64,000 nucleotides of DNA, from NCBI GenBank assembly GCA_002011035.2, contig MTLY02000002.1, positions 288,001 to 352,000 of the forward strand. The letters run 5' to 3'. A model generated the notes under the pieces. The model had not been told where the DNA came from and made no database searches. It saw only the letters and a program-made list of their open reading frames with translations. Made by a program: the position numbers and the translations under genes. Shown piece after piece: positions 1 through 9,604 of this stretch (positions are counted from its first letter, which is position 1; every line of letters begins with the position of its first letter). The stretch is from Candidatus Hecatella orcuttiae. Its GTDB lineage: Archaea > Thermoproteota > Bathyarchaeia > Hecatellales > Hecatellaceae.

Positions 1-2
1 TG

Positions 3-443
3 AGGGCGGGAGCCCCGGGAATAGGGCTATGCAGGAGGCTGCCTGCCTCCCGCGGAAAAGTTGTTTCCATCTACTGGAAGCCTCTTTCCACCCGGAGTTT
101 TCTGAAAGACCCTCTGGTTCTAAAAAAGATTAGTAGGGAAGGAAACAGGCTTCTTCACCGCTTTATGGAAAAACCTACCGTGGAGGGTTTTCTAAGCTGC
201 TCCAGAGAATTTGCGGACAGGATTTCCCTTTTCACCGGAACCCCCATGCAGGAGTTCATGAAAAAACTGGAGGGGGAAGGTTTTCCCCTTTTCACCGTGA
301 ACATGTTCGGCTGGGCTCTTTTCACACTGGTGACTCCTGAGCAGCTTCCTGAGCTTCTGAGCTGCCTTCACAGCCCGAAATTCTTAGGTGGGCGTGTGCT
401 CGTAGCCGACATCGACGGAGAGGGGGCTCGGCTGCTTGGTTGA
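3..443 (+). CDS. pok: Pantoate kinase (GHMP family), 5'-truncated by the window edge
   Basis: Frame is open from nt 3 (RAGAPGIG... upstream of ORF 165..443); NMFG..LF and DIDGEGA C-terminal motifs; overlaps the PPS gene. Confidence 0.85.
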   Translation, partial: RAGAPGIGLCRRLPASRGKVVSIYWKPLSTRSFLKDPLVLKKISREGNRLLHRFMEKPTVEGFLSCSREFADRISLFTGTPMQEFMKKLEGEGFPLFTVNMFGWALFTLVTPEQLPELLSCLHSPKFLGGRVLVADIDGEGARLLG

Positions 444-1242
444 AGGTTTCATTCCCCCCAGCCACCCCCGAGCTGAATCTTTGAGAGTTAGAGAAAAACT
501 CGTCTCCGCTTACAGGCAGGGAATCGTCGTGGAGGAAGGCCTCATCGCCCACGGCCGGGGGGAATGCTTCGACTACATTTTGGGCGAAAAAACTCAGCCT
601 TTCGCCTTGGAGGCTGAGAAGACAGCGGCGGCAGCGTTGCTTCTGGCTCAGCATCCGGTCATCTCTGTCAACGGAAACGCCGCCGCCCTCTGCGCCGGGG
701 GGCTGGTGGAGTTGGCGAAGCTGGTGGGAGCGAAGATCGAGGTGAACCTTTTCCACTGGTCTGAGAAGAGGGAGAGACTCATCGTGCAGCTCCTCAAGGC
801 TGAGGGAGCGGAGGAAGTTTTGGGCTTAGGCTCAGAGGGGGAAGCAGTCATCCCAGAGCTTCAAAGCTGGAGGGGGAAAGTTAACCCCCGAGGCATCTTC
901 AAGGCGGACACCGTGTTTTTGGCTGTCGAAGACGGAGACAGGACCGCGGCTTTGAGGAACATGGGTAAGAGGGTTATTGCCGTGGATTTGAATCCCTTCT
1001 CGAGAACAGCCCTTGCAGCTTCCATCACCATCGTCGACAACCTCCTCCGCGCCGTGCCTAACTTGAGGGCGGCGGCTGAAGCCTTGAAGCACGAGGGGCG
1101 AGAGAAGCTTGAAAAAATCGTGGAGAACTACAGCAACCCTGAAAACCTGCGGGAGGCTGTTGATTTCATCAACACCAGGCTTCGCTCCCTCGAATTTGGA
1201 AAGTTTGAACATCAACCCCAAACCGGAGAAGGGACGCCTTGA
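436..1242 (+). CDS. pps: 4-phosphopantoate--beta-alanine ligase (phosphopantothenate synthetase)
   Basis: HPRAESL..RE, GLIAHGRGECFDY, EDGDR, DLNPFSRT motifs. Confidence 0.95.
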   Translation: MVEGFIPPSHPRAESLRVREKLVSAYRQGIVVEEGLIAHGRGECFDYILGEKTQPFALEAEKTAAAALLLAQHPVISVNGNAAALCAGGLVELAKLVGAKIEVNLFHWSEKRERLIVQLLKAEGAEEVLGLGSEGEAVIPELQSWRGKVNPRGIFKADTVFLAVEDGDRTAALRNMGKRVIAVDLNPFSRTALAASITIVDNLLRAVPNLRAAAEALKHEGREKLEKIVENYSNPENLREAVDFINTRLRSLEFGKFEHQPQTGEGTP

Positions 1243-2546
1243 AGACTGGAGAAGCCCCTAAGCTTCAACTGGCCTTGGACTTCACCGACCTCCACCGCGC
1301 TCTCCCAGTGGCTGAGGAGGCGGTTGAGGCAGGGGTGGACTGGATAGAGGTGGGCACCCCTCTTATCAAGGGTGAAGGCCTCGATGCTGTGAGAGAGATC
1401 AGGCGGAGGTTTCCCGGCCGCGTTGTTTTGGCTGACATGAAGACGGTGGACACAGGGGCCGTGGAGGTGGAGATGGCGGCGAAGGCGGGGGCCGACGTGG
1501 TGATTCTTCTCGGCCTCGCCGACGACAGCACGGTGAGGGAGGCAGTAGAGGCTGGGAGAAGGTATGGAGCTCGAATCATGGTCGACCTTCTGGGGGTTGA
1601 CGCCATGGCGTCCCGGGCGGTGGAGTTGGAGAAACTGGGAGTCGCCTACGTCTGCGTCCACGTGGGCATCGACCAGCAGATGCGGGGGTTAAAGCCCCTA
1701 GAAGCCCTCAGGGAAGTGGTGAAAGCGGTGAGGGTTCCTGTGGCCGTGGCCGGCGGGATCAACAGCGAAACCGCGGGTTTAGCCGTAAAAGCCGGGGCCA
1801 GCATCGTCGTGATAGGCGGAGCCATCACTAAGGCTGAAGATGTCAAGGCTGCGGTAAAGACCATCAAGAAAGCCATGGGTTTGAGGAAATCCATAGCCAC
1901 GAGGCTTTACAAGAAATACGAGAGGGAGGAAGAACTTCAGAAAGTTTTCGCTGAGATTTCAACCCCAAACCTCTCCGACGCCCTGCAGAGGATGGAGGAA
2001 ATGAGGGGAATCAAGCCTGTCACCTCCGGAGTTAAGGCGGTGGGGAAGGCTTTGACGGTGAGAACTTACCCGGGAGACTGGGCGAAGCCGGTGGAGGCTG
2101 TAGACCTCGCCTCCCCAGGGGAAGTGTTGGTCATCGACGCGGGGGGCGGAGAGAAAGCCGTGTGGGGAGAGCTGGCCACTTGGAGCAGCATTCAGAGAAA
2201 GCTCGGCGGGGTGGTCATCGACGGCGGGATAAGAGACGTGGAAGTCGTTCGGAAGCTCAGGTTTCCCGCCTTCGCCAGGCATGTGACCCCCACCGCCGGG
2301 GAGCCCAAAGGATTCGGGGAAATCAACGTGGAAATCCGCTGCGGTGGAGTGAAGGTGCGGCCTGGGGATTGGATTGTGGCCGATGACAATGGGGTTCTGG
2401 TCGTCCCGAGGGAGATGGCTGTGGAGGCCGCCAACAGGGGGAAAGATATTTTCGAAAAAGAGCAGAGGGTGAGGGCTGAAATCAGAAGAGGAAGCACTCT
2501 CTCCAAGGTTTTGAAGCTGAGAAAGTGGGAGAAAATTCTAGGCTAG
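1239..2546 (+). CDS. 3-hexulose-6-phosphate synthase / RraA-like (HMG aldolase fold) fusion
   Basis: N-terminal LQLALD..IEVGTPLIK..DMKTVD..HVGIDQQ HPS barrel; C-terminal STPNLSDAL, AVWGEL, DGGIRD, PGDWIVADDNG RraA domain. Confidence 0.9.
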   Translation: MKTGEAPKLQLALDFTDLHRALPVAEEAVEAGVDWIEVGTPLIKGEGLDAVREIRRRFPGRVVLADMKTVDTGAVEVEMAAKAGADVVILLGLADDSTVREAVEAGRRYGARIMVDLLGVDAMASRAVELEKLGVAYVCVHVGIDQQMRGLKPLEALREVVKAVRVPVAVAGGINSETAGLAVKAGASIVVIGGAITKAEDVKAAVKTIKKAMGLRKSIATRLYKKYEREEELQKVFAEISTPNLSDALQRMEEMRGIKPVTSGVKAVGKALTVRTYPGDWAKPVEAVDLASPGEVLVIDAGGGEKAVWGELATWSSIQRKLGGVVIDGGIRDVEVVRKLRFPAFARHVTPTAGEPKGFGEINVEIRCGGVKVRPGDWIVADDNGVLVVPREMAVEAANRGKDIFEKEQRVRAEIRRGSTLSKVLKLRKWEKILG

Positions 2547-3503
2547 GTGGGAGAGGGGATTAAAACGAGGGTCGCCATCATGGGAGCTGGAGCCATAGGC
2601 AGCCTCTTCGGCAGCTTGCTGGCGGAGGCGGGAAACGAGGTTTACCTCATCGGCAGAGCCAGCCTCATGGAAGCTGTCAGACAGAGGGGGCTGTGGCTGA
2701 GGGGAATAACGGCGAAACATGTTCTAAGCCTTCACGCAGAAGATTCCCCCCAAAACCTGAGAAGCCAAGCTTTCGACGTGGTTTTTCTGACGGTGAAAGC
2801 CTACGACACCCAGGAGGCATGCTCCCAGCTTAAACCCATCCTAGATGGAGGAACGCCTGTGCTATGCCTCCAAAATGGAATAGGAGTGGAGGAGAAGGCT
2901 GCGAAGGCTTTGGGGAGAAGAAGCCTGTTGAGGGGTGTGACCTTCTGCGGAGCCTTCTTGGAGGCCCCCGGCTCCGTCCGGTTTACAGGCCGGGGGGAAA
3001 CAGTCTTAGGGCTGCCTTTCAAGGAAACCGACGGTCGTCTCCTAGAGAAAGCTTGGCTGGCGGCAGAAGCCCTCAACGCAGCTGGGCTGCCTGCGAGGGT
3101 GGAGAAAAAAATCGAGGGCGCTGTGTGGATGAAGACCCTGATAAACGCTGGAATAAACCCCTACGGAGCTCTGACGGGTTTAAGAAACGGGGAGCTTCTG
3201 GAGGTGGGAGAAATGGGAGAGCTCATGGCTGAAACCGTGGAGGAAGGAACTCGCGTCGCCTGCCGGCTGGGGGTGGCCCTCCCCGGCGACCCGGTGGAGG
3301 AGATGTTTAGGACTGTGAAGGCCACGGCTGGGAACTTCAACTCCATGCTTCAGGACGTTAGGAGGGGGAAGCCCACGGAGATCGACTACCTCAACGGGGC
3401 GGTGGCCAAGCTGGGTTTCAAGGCTTCGGTTCCCGCTCCCTTAAACAGGCTGCTGACTGTGCTGGTGAAAAGCTTGGAAAGAAGGGGGAAGCCTACTTGT
3501 TAA
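2547..3503 (+). CDS. panE: 2-dehydropantoate 2-reductase
   Basis: GAGAIG, VKAYD, LQNGIG, W.K..INA.INP, SMLQD..TEIDYLNG. Confidence 0.95.
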   Translation: MGEGIKTRVAIMGAGAIGSLFGSLLAEAGNEVYLIGRASLMEAVRQRGLWLRGITAKHVLSLHAEDSPQNLRSQAFDVVFLTVKAYDTQEACSQLKPILDGGTPVLCLQNGIGVEEKAAKALGRRSLLRGVTFCGAFLEAPGSVRFTGRGETVLGLPFKETDGRLLEKAWLAAEALNAAGLPARVEKKIEGAVWMKTLINAGINPYGALTGLRNGELLEVGEMGELMAETVEEGTRVACRLGVALPGDPVEEMFRTVKATAGNFNSMLQDVRRGKPTEIDYLNGAVAKLGFKASVPAPLNRLLTVLVKSLERRGKPTC

Positions 3504-4762
3504 CCGGCCATCCGTCCAAAGCCATCATAGGAACCGCCGGCAGGCAGCTGGAGGGAAAGCGGATAGTCTTAGGCGTCACCGGGAGCATCGCCGCCCTCCG
3601 TGCCCCCGAGGTTGCCCGAGAGCTCATGAGGAGGGGGGCGGAGGTCTACGCAGTCATGACTTCTGACGCTCAGAAGATCATTCATCCCTATGCCTTGGAA
3701 TGGGCCACGGGAAACCCTGTGGTAACCGAGATCACCGGGAAAATCGAATACGTGGCCGCGGCTGGGGGGGAGGGCATGGCTCCCGTGGACCTGGTGCTCG
3801 TCGCCCCTGTCACAGCTAACACCCTAGCCAAGATAGCCTGGGGCATCAGCGACACCCCGGTCACCGCCTATGTTTCCGCAGCCCTAGGGGCCCATATCCC
3901 CGTCGTCCTCGCCCCCGCCATGCACCGCTGCCTATGGGACAGTCCCGCTGCCTCTGAAAACCTCAGTCGACTTAGGGCCTTAGGCCTCACCATCGTGGAA
4001 CCTGAGCTGACGGAGGGGAAAGCCAAACTGGTGGAGGTGGAAGAACTGGTGGAGGCGGTGATTCGAAGGCTAACTCTGCCTACCATGGCTGAGATGAACG
4101 TCCTAGTAACAGCCGGGCCGACGGTGGAGTATCTTGACCCCATCCGGGTTCTGACCAACCGAAGCTCGGGAAGAATGGGCGTGGCCCTAGCCCGGGAAGC
4201 CCTCCGGCGGGGTGCTCAGGTTACCTTGGTCTACGGTCCCGGCACCGCCAAGCCTCCCTCAGGAGCGAAGGTGATCCGGGTTGAGACTTCCGACCAAATG
4301 CGGGAGACGGTGGTTTCCCAGCTTCGGAGAGGAAACTGCCATGTCTTCTTTGCAGCGGCAGCGGTCTCCGACTTCACCCCCCTCCAGCCTTCAAGCCGGA
4401 AGCTTTCCACCGCCCAAACCCCTGAGCTCACGGTGAGGCTGAGGGCGACGGAGAAGCTTGTGGAGGAAGTCAAAAGGCTCAGCCCCCAAACTTTTTTGGT
4501 GATCTTCAAAGCCGAATACCAAGTGCCTGAAGAGGAGCTGGCGGCTAAGGCTGAGGAGCGGATGAAGCAAACGGAAGCCGACCTGGTGGTGGCCAACGAC
4601 GTGGGGAGGAAGGGCGCTGAGTTCGGCTCCAAAACCACCGAAGCCCTCATCCTGGATAAAGCCGGAGAAAGGGTAAAGGTTCCCCTCTCTCGGAAAGAAG
4701 ATGTGGCAGCGAAAATCTTAGACTTGGTACAGGAAAAACTGAAAACCCGGAAGCCCGAATAG
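3497..4762 (+). CDS. coaBC: Bifunctional phosphopantothenoylcysteine decarboxylase/synthase
   Basis: GVTGSIAA, APVTANTLAK, PAMH, TAGPT.E..DPIR..TNRSSGRMG, AAAVSDF, VANDV. Confidence 0.97.
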   Translation: MLTGHPSKAIIGTAGRQLEGKRIVLGVTGSIAALRAPEVARELMRRGAEVYAVMTSDAQKIIHPYALEWATGNPVVTEITGKIEYVAAAGGEGMAPVDLVLVAPVTANTLAKIAWGISDTPVTAYVSAALGAHIPVVLAPAMHRCLWDSPAASENLSRLRALGLTIVEPELTEGKAKLVEVEELVEAVIRRLTLPTMAEMNVLVTAGPTVEYLDPIRVLTNRSSGRMGVALAREALRRGAQVTLVYGPGTAKPPSGAKVIRVETSDQMRETVVSQLRRGNCHVFFAAAAVSDFTPLQPSSRKLSTAQTPELTVRLRATEKLVEEVKRLSPQTFLVIFKAEYQVPEEELAAKAEERMKQTEADLVVANDVGRKGAEFGSKTTEALILDKAGERVKVPLSRKEDVAAKILDLVQEKLKTRKPE

Positions 4763-4769
4763 CGCAGCC

Positions 4770-5642
4770 GTGGGGATGGAAAGCTTGGTGGCGAAGGCCA
4801 GAAGGCCTGTGGTGACATTGACCACCGACTTCGGCACCGCGGATTCCTATGTGGCGGAGATGAAGGCGGTTATTCTCTCCCTCTGCCCTGAGGCGGTCCT
4901 CGTCGACATCACCCACGAGGTTGAAAGATTCAACATCAGAATGGGCGCCTACCTCTTGGCCCGCTCAGCTTGGCTGTTCCCCAGAGGAACCGTGCACCTG
5001 GCCGTGGTGGACCCGGGAGTCGGAGGCGGGCGGAAGCCCCTCATCTTGGAGACGCCCTCAGCCTTCTTCGTCGGCCCTGACAACGGCCTCCTGACCGCGG
5101 CGGCCAAAAGACAGGGCATAAGCCACGCCTACCAGATAAGGAAAGAATACTGCTGGCCGTCGAAGGTTTCCGAAACCTTCCACGGGAGGGACCTCTTCGC
5201 CCCTGCAGCCGGCCACTTGGCAGCGGGGAAGCCTCCGTCCTCCTTGGGCGTAGAGGTCTCCACCTACGTGGAGTCCGCCTTCCCATCTCCTAAAATCTCC
5301 GGCAGGATAGTGGAGGGGGAGGTCATCCACGTAGACCGTTTCGGTAACCTAGTAACCAACATAGACCGAAAGCTTCCCGAAACTCGAGGGCTGCGGTTTG
5401 GCTCCGCCATCCGAATTCAAGCGGGGAAAATCCAGCACCCCCGAAAGGTTAGGTTTGCTGAAACCTACTCCCAAGCGGCGAGGGGAGAACTCCTACTCAC
5501 CGTGGGAAGCGGAGGCTTCTTGGAAGTCTCCGTCAACCAGGGGGACGCCTCCAAGCGGCTGGGCTTGAAAGCTGGAGGGAAAATCAAACTGCTCCTCCCA
5601 GCCTCCGGGGGGAGAAAACTAGAGCCTATCCGTTCGAGCTAA
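4770..5642 (+). CDS. SAM hydroxide adenosyltransferase (DUF62, chlorinase/fluorinase family)
   Basis: LTTDFG..D.YV, VVDPGVG, GPDNG, TFHGRD.FAP, DRFGN. Confidence 0.93.
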   Translation: MGMESLVAKARRPVVTLTTDFGTADSYVAEMKAVILSLCPEAVLVDITHEVERFNIRMGAYLLARSAWLFPRGTVHLAVVDPGVGGGRKPLILETPSAFFVGPDNGLLTAAAKRQGISHAYQIRKEYCWPSKVSETFHGRDLFAPAAGHLAAGKPPSSLGVEVSTYVESAFPSPKISGRIVEGEVIHVDRFGNLVTNIDRKLPETRGLRFGSAIRIQAGKIQHPRKVRFAETYSQAARGELLLTVGSGGFLEVSVNQGDASKRLGLKAGGKIKLLLPASGGRKLEPIRSS

Positions 5643-6155
5643 GTTTCGTATGCGGTCTATGCCGCCGATTTGGACGATGTACTTTGCAACGGAGGCGGGG
5701 ACGAGGGCTTCCCAGCTTTCGCCGTTGAGAATCTTGTTGCGGACGTTGGTGGCGTAAAGTTTTCTCCTATCCAAGTAGGGAATGCCCTCCACCTTGAAGC
5801 CGGCTTCCTGGAAGAGTTGACGGCAGAGGGCGTCGTTGGTGAAAACTACTTCGAACTTGGGCGTGTAGGCCACTACCTGAGCGACCCAGATGCTGTGAAC
5901 TTGGGTGTCGGGCACGGGGATGATGGAGTAGGAGGCTCTGTCCACTCCCACCTCATCCAAGGCCAGCCTCAGCATGGTGAATCTTTCCCCCGCGGTGAAG
6001 GGGTTTTGAGGGTCATGGCTGAACTGGGCGCTTCCAATCCCTATTATCAGCTCCTTAACCTGCCGGAGGGCTTGGGTGACAGCGTGAACGTGTCCCCGGT
6101 GAACAGGCTGAAACCTCCCCACGTAGAAGCCTGAATTCCACTTCACCAGCTTCAC
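5619..6155 (-). CDS. nadM: Nicotinamide-nucleotide adenylyltransferase
   Basis: GRFQPVHRGH, GSAQ.SH...NPFTAGER. Confidence 0.95.
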   Translation of the reverse strand: MKLVKWNSGFYVGRFQPVHRGHVHAVTQALRQVKELIIGIGSAQFSHDPQNPFTAGERFTMLRLALDEVGVDRASYSIIPVPDTQVHSIWVAQVVAYTPKFEVVFTNDALCRQLFQEAGFKVEGIPYLDRRKLYATNVRNKILNGESWEALVPASVAKYIVQIGGIDRIRNLARTDRL

Positions 6156-6233
6156 CCATGGCGTTGCTTAACTCGCTTGACCCAATTCGCTTATCAGGTT
6201 TAAGCTTATCTCCAAGTTCGGCTGGAAAATAGG

Positions 6234-6284
6234 TGTGAAAAAGTGGCATATATGAGCATAGGTTTTTTGGGCGAGGCTTCCCGC
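6234..6284. repeat. Dispersed 51-bp intergenic repeat, copy 1 (inverted relative to 53948..53998)
   Basis: 50/51 identity to the reverse complement of 53948..53998, plus an 11/12 match in a flanking block (6215..6226 vs 54005..54016). Confidence 0.9.
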
Positions 6285-6323
6285 TGGGTTGGTGGGGTAT
6301 TTCCCACTCTTTTTTGTTTAGGC

Positions 6324-7541
6324 TTACTCGATGAGTTCTAGATGGATTTTCAAATAGTCTTTAAGATGGCGGGTGATGAGGAAATTTCTTCTCACATGGT
6401 CTCTCCCGTTGGTCCCCAGCATCCTCCCCAGATAAGGGCGCTTGATGATGAGGGTGACCTTTTCCGCTGCAGCCTCCACGGTGTCCACTAGGAAACCTGT
6501 CACGCCGTCTAGGACCTGCAGAGGGATGCCGCCTGTGCGAGTGGCCACCACAGGGGTTCCCTTCCACAAGGCTTCAGTTACCGAGAGACCGAAGCCTTCT
6601 CTGAGGGATTTTTGTATCACCACCGTGGAGGCTCTTTGGAAGGCGTTAACCTCCAAGTCTCCCACCCCCTCTCTGTCGGTTAGTATGTGGATGTCTTTGT
6701 CGCCTCCCGCCTTTTCCACGGTTTTCTTCAGCCATTCATCTCCCTCGGGGTCGTCTGCAGCCATGGAGCCTACCAGCAACAGCTGGGTTTGGGGAATTTC
6801 CCTTTTCACCAGGCGGTAGACGTCGATAACGCCTAAAGGGTCCTTCCAAGGGTCAAACCTAGCTACCTGGGTCAGGATAGGCTTTTCAGGGCTGACTTCG
6901 TATTTCTCCAGCATCTTCAAAATTTGGCTTTCTGAAATAGGCTTGTTTTTTTCTGAGAGGGGGTTGATGGAGGGAGGCATAAGGAAGATGTGCTTGTTTC
7001 GAAGGTCTTCTTTGATGTAGCTTTGGAGGGAGAACACGAGACCGTCATATTCCAGCACGAAGGGTTTCAGAAAATCCCAGTAAACCGGGTTGGCTTTTGT
7101 TAGGTCTATGTGGCATCGCCACACCCATTTCTCAGGTCCCCGGTTTCTAAACCTTAGAAGGGCCGCCGGCTGGGGATCGTGGACCATGATGAGGTCGCCC
7201 TTGAAATCAAGCTTTTCCGCGTTCAGCCGATTATATTCCAAGTAGACTTTCTTCATGGCCTCTGTGAGCTTAAGAGGCATTCCTTGGAGGGCGTTGTGGA
7301 ATTTTTTAGTGACATTGAAAAACTCACTGGAAGCCTCCATAACCTGCCATGAGACGTTTAACCCCACGGTCCTAGCCAGCGGAACCATGTTTTTAAGAAG
7401 CTCCGCCACTCCCCCGCCAAAACGGGTTGAATTGATGTGGACGATGGAGGCGCCTTTCACCCAAGAAGCCAGTTTCTCAATTTCAGCTATTTCCTGTTCT
7501 CCCACGATAGCCTTGTAGTCGTCTAAGCTGAAAGTAGCCAT
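6324..7541 (-). CDS. treT: Trehalose synthase TreT (GT4 glycosyltransferase)
   Basis: HINST.FGGGVAE, TKKFHNALQG, HDPQP, WRCHID, RFDPWKDP, DDPEG, EGFGL. Confidence 0.92.
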   Translation of the reverse strand: MATFSLDDYKAIVGEQEIAEIEKLASWVKGASIVHINSTRFGGGVAELLKNMVPLARTVGLNVSWQVMEASSEFFNVTKKFHNALQGMPLKLTEAMKKVYLEYNRLNAEKLDFKGDLIMVHDPQPAALLRFRNRGPEKWVWRCHIDLTKANPVYWDFLKPFVLEYDGLVFSLQSYIKEDLRNKHIFLMPPSINPLSEKNKPISESQILKMLEKYEVSPEKPILTQVARFDPWKDPLGVIDVYRLVKREIPQTQLLLVGSMAADDPEGDEWLKKTVEKAGGDKDIHILTDREGVGDLEVNAFQRASTVVIQKSLREGFGLSVTEALWKGTPVVATRTGGIPLQVLDGVTGFLVDTVEAAAEKVTLIIKRPYLGRMLGTNGRDHVRRNFLITRHLKDYLKIHLELIE

Positions 7542-7646
7542 AAGTCAACCCCTCGGGAGGCGTCGGAGCGTCTTGGAAATATTCATTAAGGTTGATTTTG
7601 AATTAGATCATGAAGAGAGACATATAAGCTAAACGGAGGATGAGGG

Positions 7647-8522
7647 TTGGCCAAGGCTATGGACGTAGCCTATAAGGAGAACCTTTACATCATCGAAAGC
7701 TTCGCCCCCCTCATCAAAGCCTTGAAGCTGATGGGTGAAAGAGGCGGCATCTACCGCCTTTCCGTAGTAGACGACCAAAAAAGGGCTAAAGGAGTTATCT
7801 CCTCTCTCAGAATCCTCGAATACATCGCCGGCCACAAAGGGAAAATTTTGAAGAAGAAAGCCGGAGGTTTAGAGGCTCTCCTCCAAGAACCCGTCCTCCT
7901 CTTTATGGAGGAATATCTTCACAAGCTTCCCTACAGTTTCGCCTTCGAGTGCATCGTCCAGTATATGGTGGAGAACAAGGTCGGCCATGTGATTTTGGTG
8001 GATGAAAAGGACTGCATAAAAGGCGTGATCACCGAGCGCCCAGCCATTGAGAGAATTCCCCCCCGCCATTATGGAATAAACCTTTCCGCCATAATGACGC
8101 GGAAGGTCCATACCATCAAGCCTGAAAGCAGCATTTTCGAAGCCCTCAACCTTATGGCCGCCCACCATGTGAGAAGACTCCCCCTCCTGTCCGAAGGCGA
8201 AGTAGTGGGGGTCCTATCAGCTTCAGACCTTTTTCGCTATCTTGTCAAAACAGAAGGGCCTGAAGAGGCTTTGAAGGAGAAAGAGAATCTGGAGAACCGC
8301 CTTTCCGAGGAAGTCGTCACCCTCAGCCTCCCCAAACCGGTGCTCATAGGGGAGCACGAGGATGTGGGAGAACTCTTAAAAAGAGTCCAAGAACGTTGGA
8401 TACCCTATCACCCCGTTGTTTCTGAGGAGGGAAAACTCGCCGGAGTGGTCAGTGAAAGAGACCTCATCACCCGGTTCTCCCGGGTGCTGGGCATGGAGCG
8501 GTTTTTGAAGCTTATCGCTTAG
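7647..8522 (+). CDS. Tandem CBS-domain protein (4 CBS)
   Basis: Repeated CBS motifs (VRRLPLL..GEVVGVLS..D; LAGVVSERD). Confidence 0.85.
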   Translation: MAKAMDVAYKENLYIIESFAPLIKALKLMGERGGIYRLSVVDDQKRAKGVISSLRILEYIAGHKGKILKKKAGGLEALLQEPVLLFMEEYLHKLPYSFAFECIVQYMVENKVGHVILVDEKDCIKGVITERPAIERIPPRHYGINLSAIMTRKVHTIKPESSIFEALNLMAAHHVRRLPLLSEGEVVGVLSASDLFRYLVKTEGPEEALKEKENLENRLSEEVVTLSLPKPVLIGEHEDVGELLKRVQERWIPYHPVVSEEGKLAGVVSERDLITRFSRVLGMERFLKLIA

Positions 8523-8617
8523 AAAACAAGGGGCAAGGAAGATTTCTTCTTCCCACCTATTTTACTTTCTTTCGAGCGGAATGGTAAAAAGGAGGTTAAA
8601 TATCATTTAAAAGGTAA

Positions 8618-8896
8618 GTGGGGCCTGTGTGCAGCTACATCCTCAAGCTTATGTTCGTGAACATGAGAACTGGGCACACGGAAGTGTTTGAGGTAGCCTT
8701 GCTCGCCCCCCAAGGTGAAGAGAAATGCTACAAGGCGGTTCTACCCCACCGTCTCTACCACAGGGTTAAAGCCCACTTTGGGGAAGGTCCCTTCACCACG
8801 GCTTTCACCCTATCCCATGGGCCCTACCTTCTCCACGGCTCTGTCAAGGCGGATATGGAAGTCCGCATACCGGTAAGTTTCGAGGAGGCAAAATAA
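8618..8896 (+). CDS. Hypothetical protein (92 aa)
   Basis: Fills the intergenic gap, protein-like composition, AT-rich promoter upstream. Confidence 0.6.
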   Translation: MGPVCSYILKLMFVNMRTGHTEVFEVALLAPQGEEKCYKAVLPHRLYHRVKAHFGEGPFTTAFTLSHGPYLLHGSVKADMEVRIPVSFEEAK

Positions 8897-8956
8897 TTCA
8901 CCCTAGCTGAGAGGGCGGCTTGAACCTTATATGCTTTAGACTCCAAACATACCCCT

Positions 8957-9580
8957 ATGAACTCGCCCTCAGCCCCTGAATCTTCCGAAACCCTGTGGAA
9001 GCTGGTTTTAAAGGTGGGGCGGCTTAAACTGTTTCCCCGCACCGGATGGCTGACTCGCGGCGTGGAAAAGGCCCGCGTAGAATCTGTAGCGGAGCACAGT
9101 TTCCGAACAGCCGTCCTAGCCATGATGCTCGCGGACATGCTCTCCCCCCAGCGGAGGGTAAACTTCGCCCTCGTCCTGCGAATGGCTTTACTCCACGATT
9201 TCCCTGAAATCCTGCTCAAGGACCTGGATAAAGAGGCTTGGAACTGCCTAACCCCCAGCCTCAAAGCAAAACCCAAGGTTGAAAAAGAAGCCCTGAGAAG
9301 ACTTCTGGCAGAAGTTTCTCCGCCTCTGAGGAAAAAATACGAGGCTGTTTGGAGAAACTACCGGAGGGGCAGCTCCTTGGAAGCCCAGATAGTGGAGGCG
9401 GCTGACAGGCTGGAGACCGCCTTCCAAGCTTACGAGTACGTGGAGGGAGGCTGTCCTCTGAGGTTGGTGGAGGAAATCTGGGAGGACGCTCAAAAGAAAG
9501 TCTACCAAACCGGTCTAGCTCCCGCCTGTGCTCTCATGGACAGGCTTAAGGAAAACCTCAGACTTCAGGCGAAAACCTGA
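8957..9580 (+). CDS. HD-domain 5'-deoxynucleotidase (YfbR/HDDC2-like)
   Basis: LK..PRTGW..RG, ESVAEHS, LLHD..E, ADRLE. Confidence 0.9.
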   Translation: MNSPSAPESSETLWKLVLKVGRLKLFPRTGWLTRGVEKARVESVAEHSFRTAVLAMMLADMLSPQRRVNFALVLRMALLHDFPEILLKDLDKEAWNCLTPSLKAKPKVEKEALRRLLAEVSPPLRKKYEAVWRNYRRGSSLEAQIVEAADRLETAFQAYEYVEGGCPLRLVEEIWEDAQKKVYQTGLAPACALMDRLKENLRLQAKT

Positions 9581-9604
9581 AGGCGGAGACCCGCCCCCGC
9601 AAGC

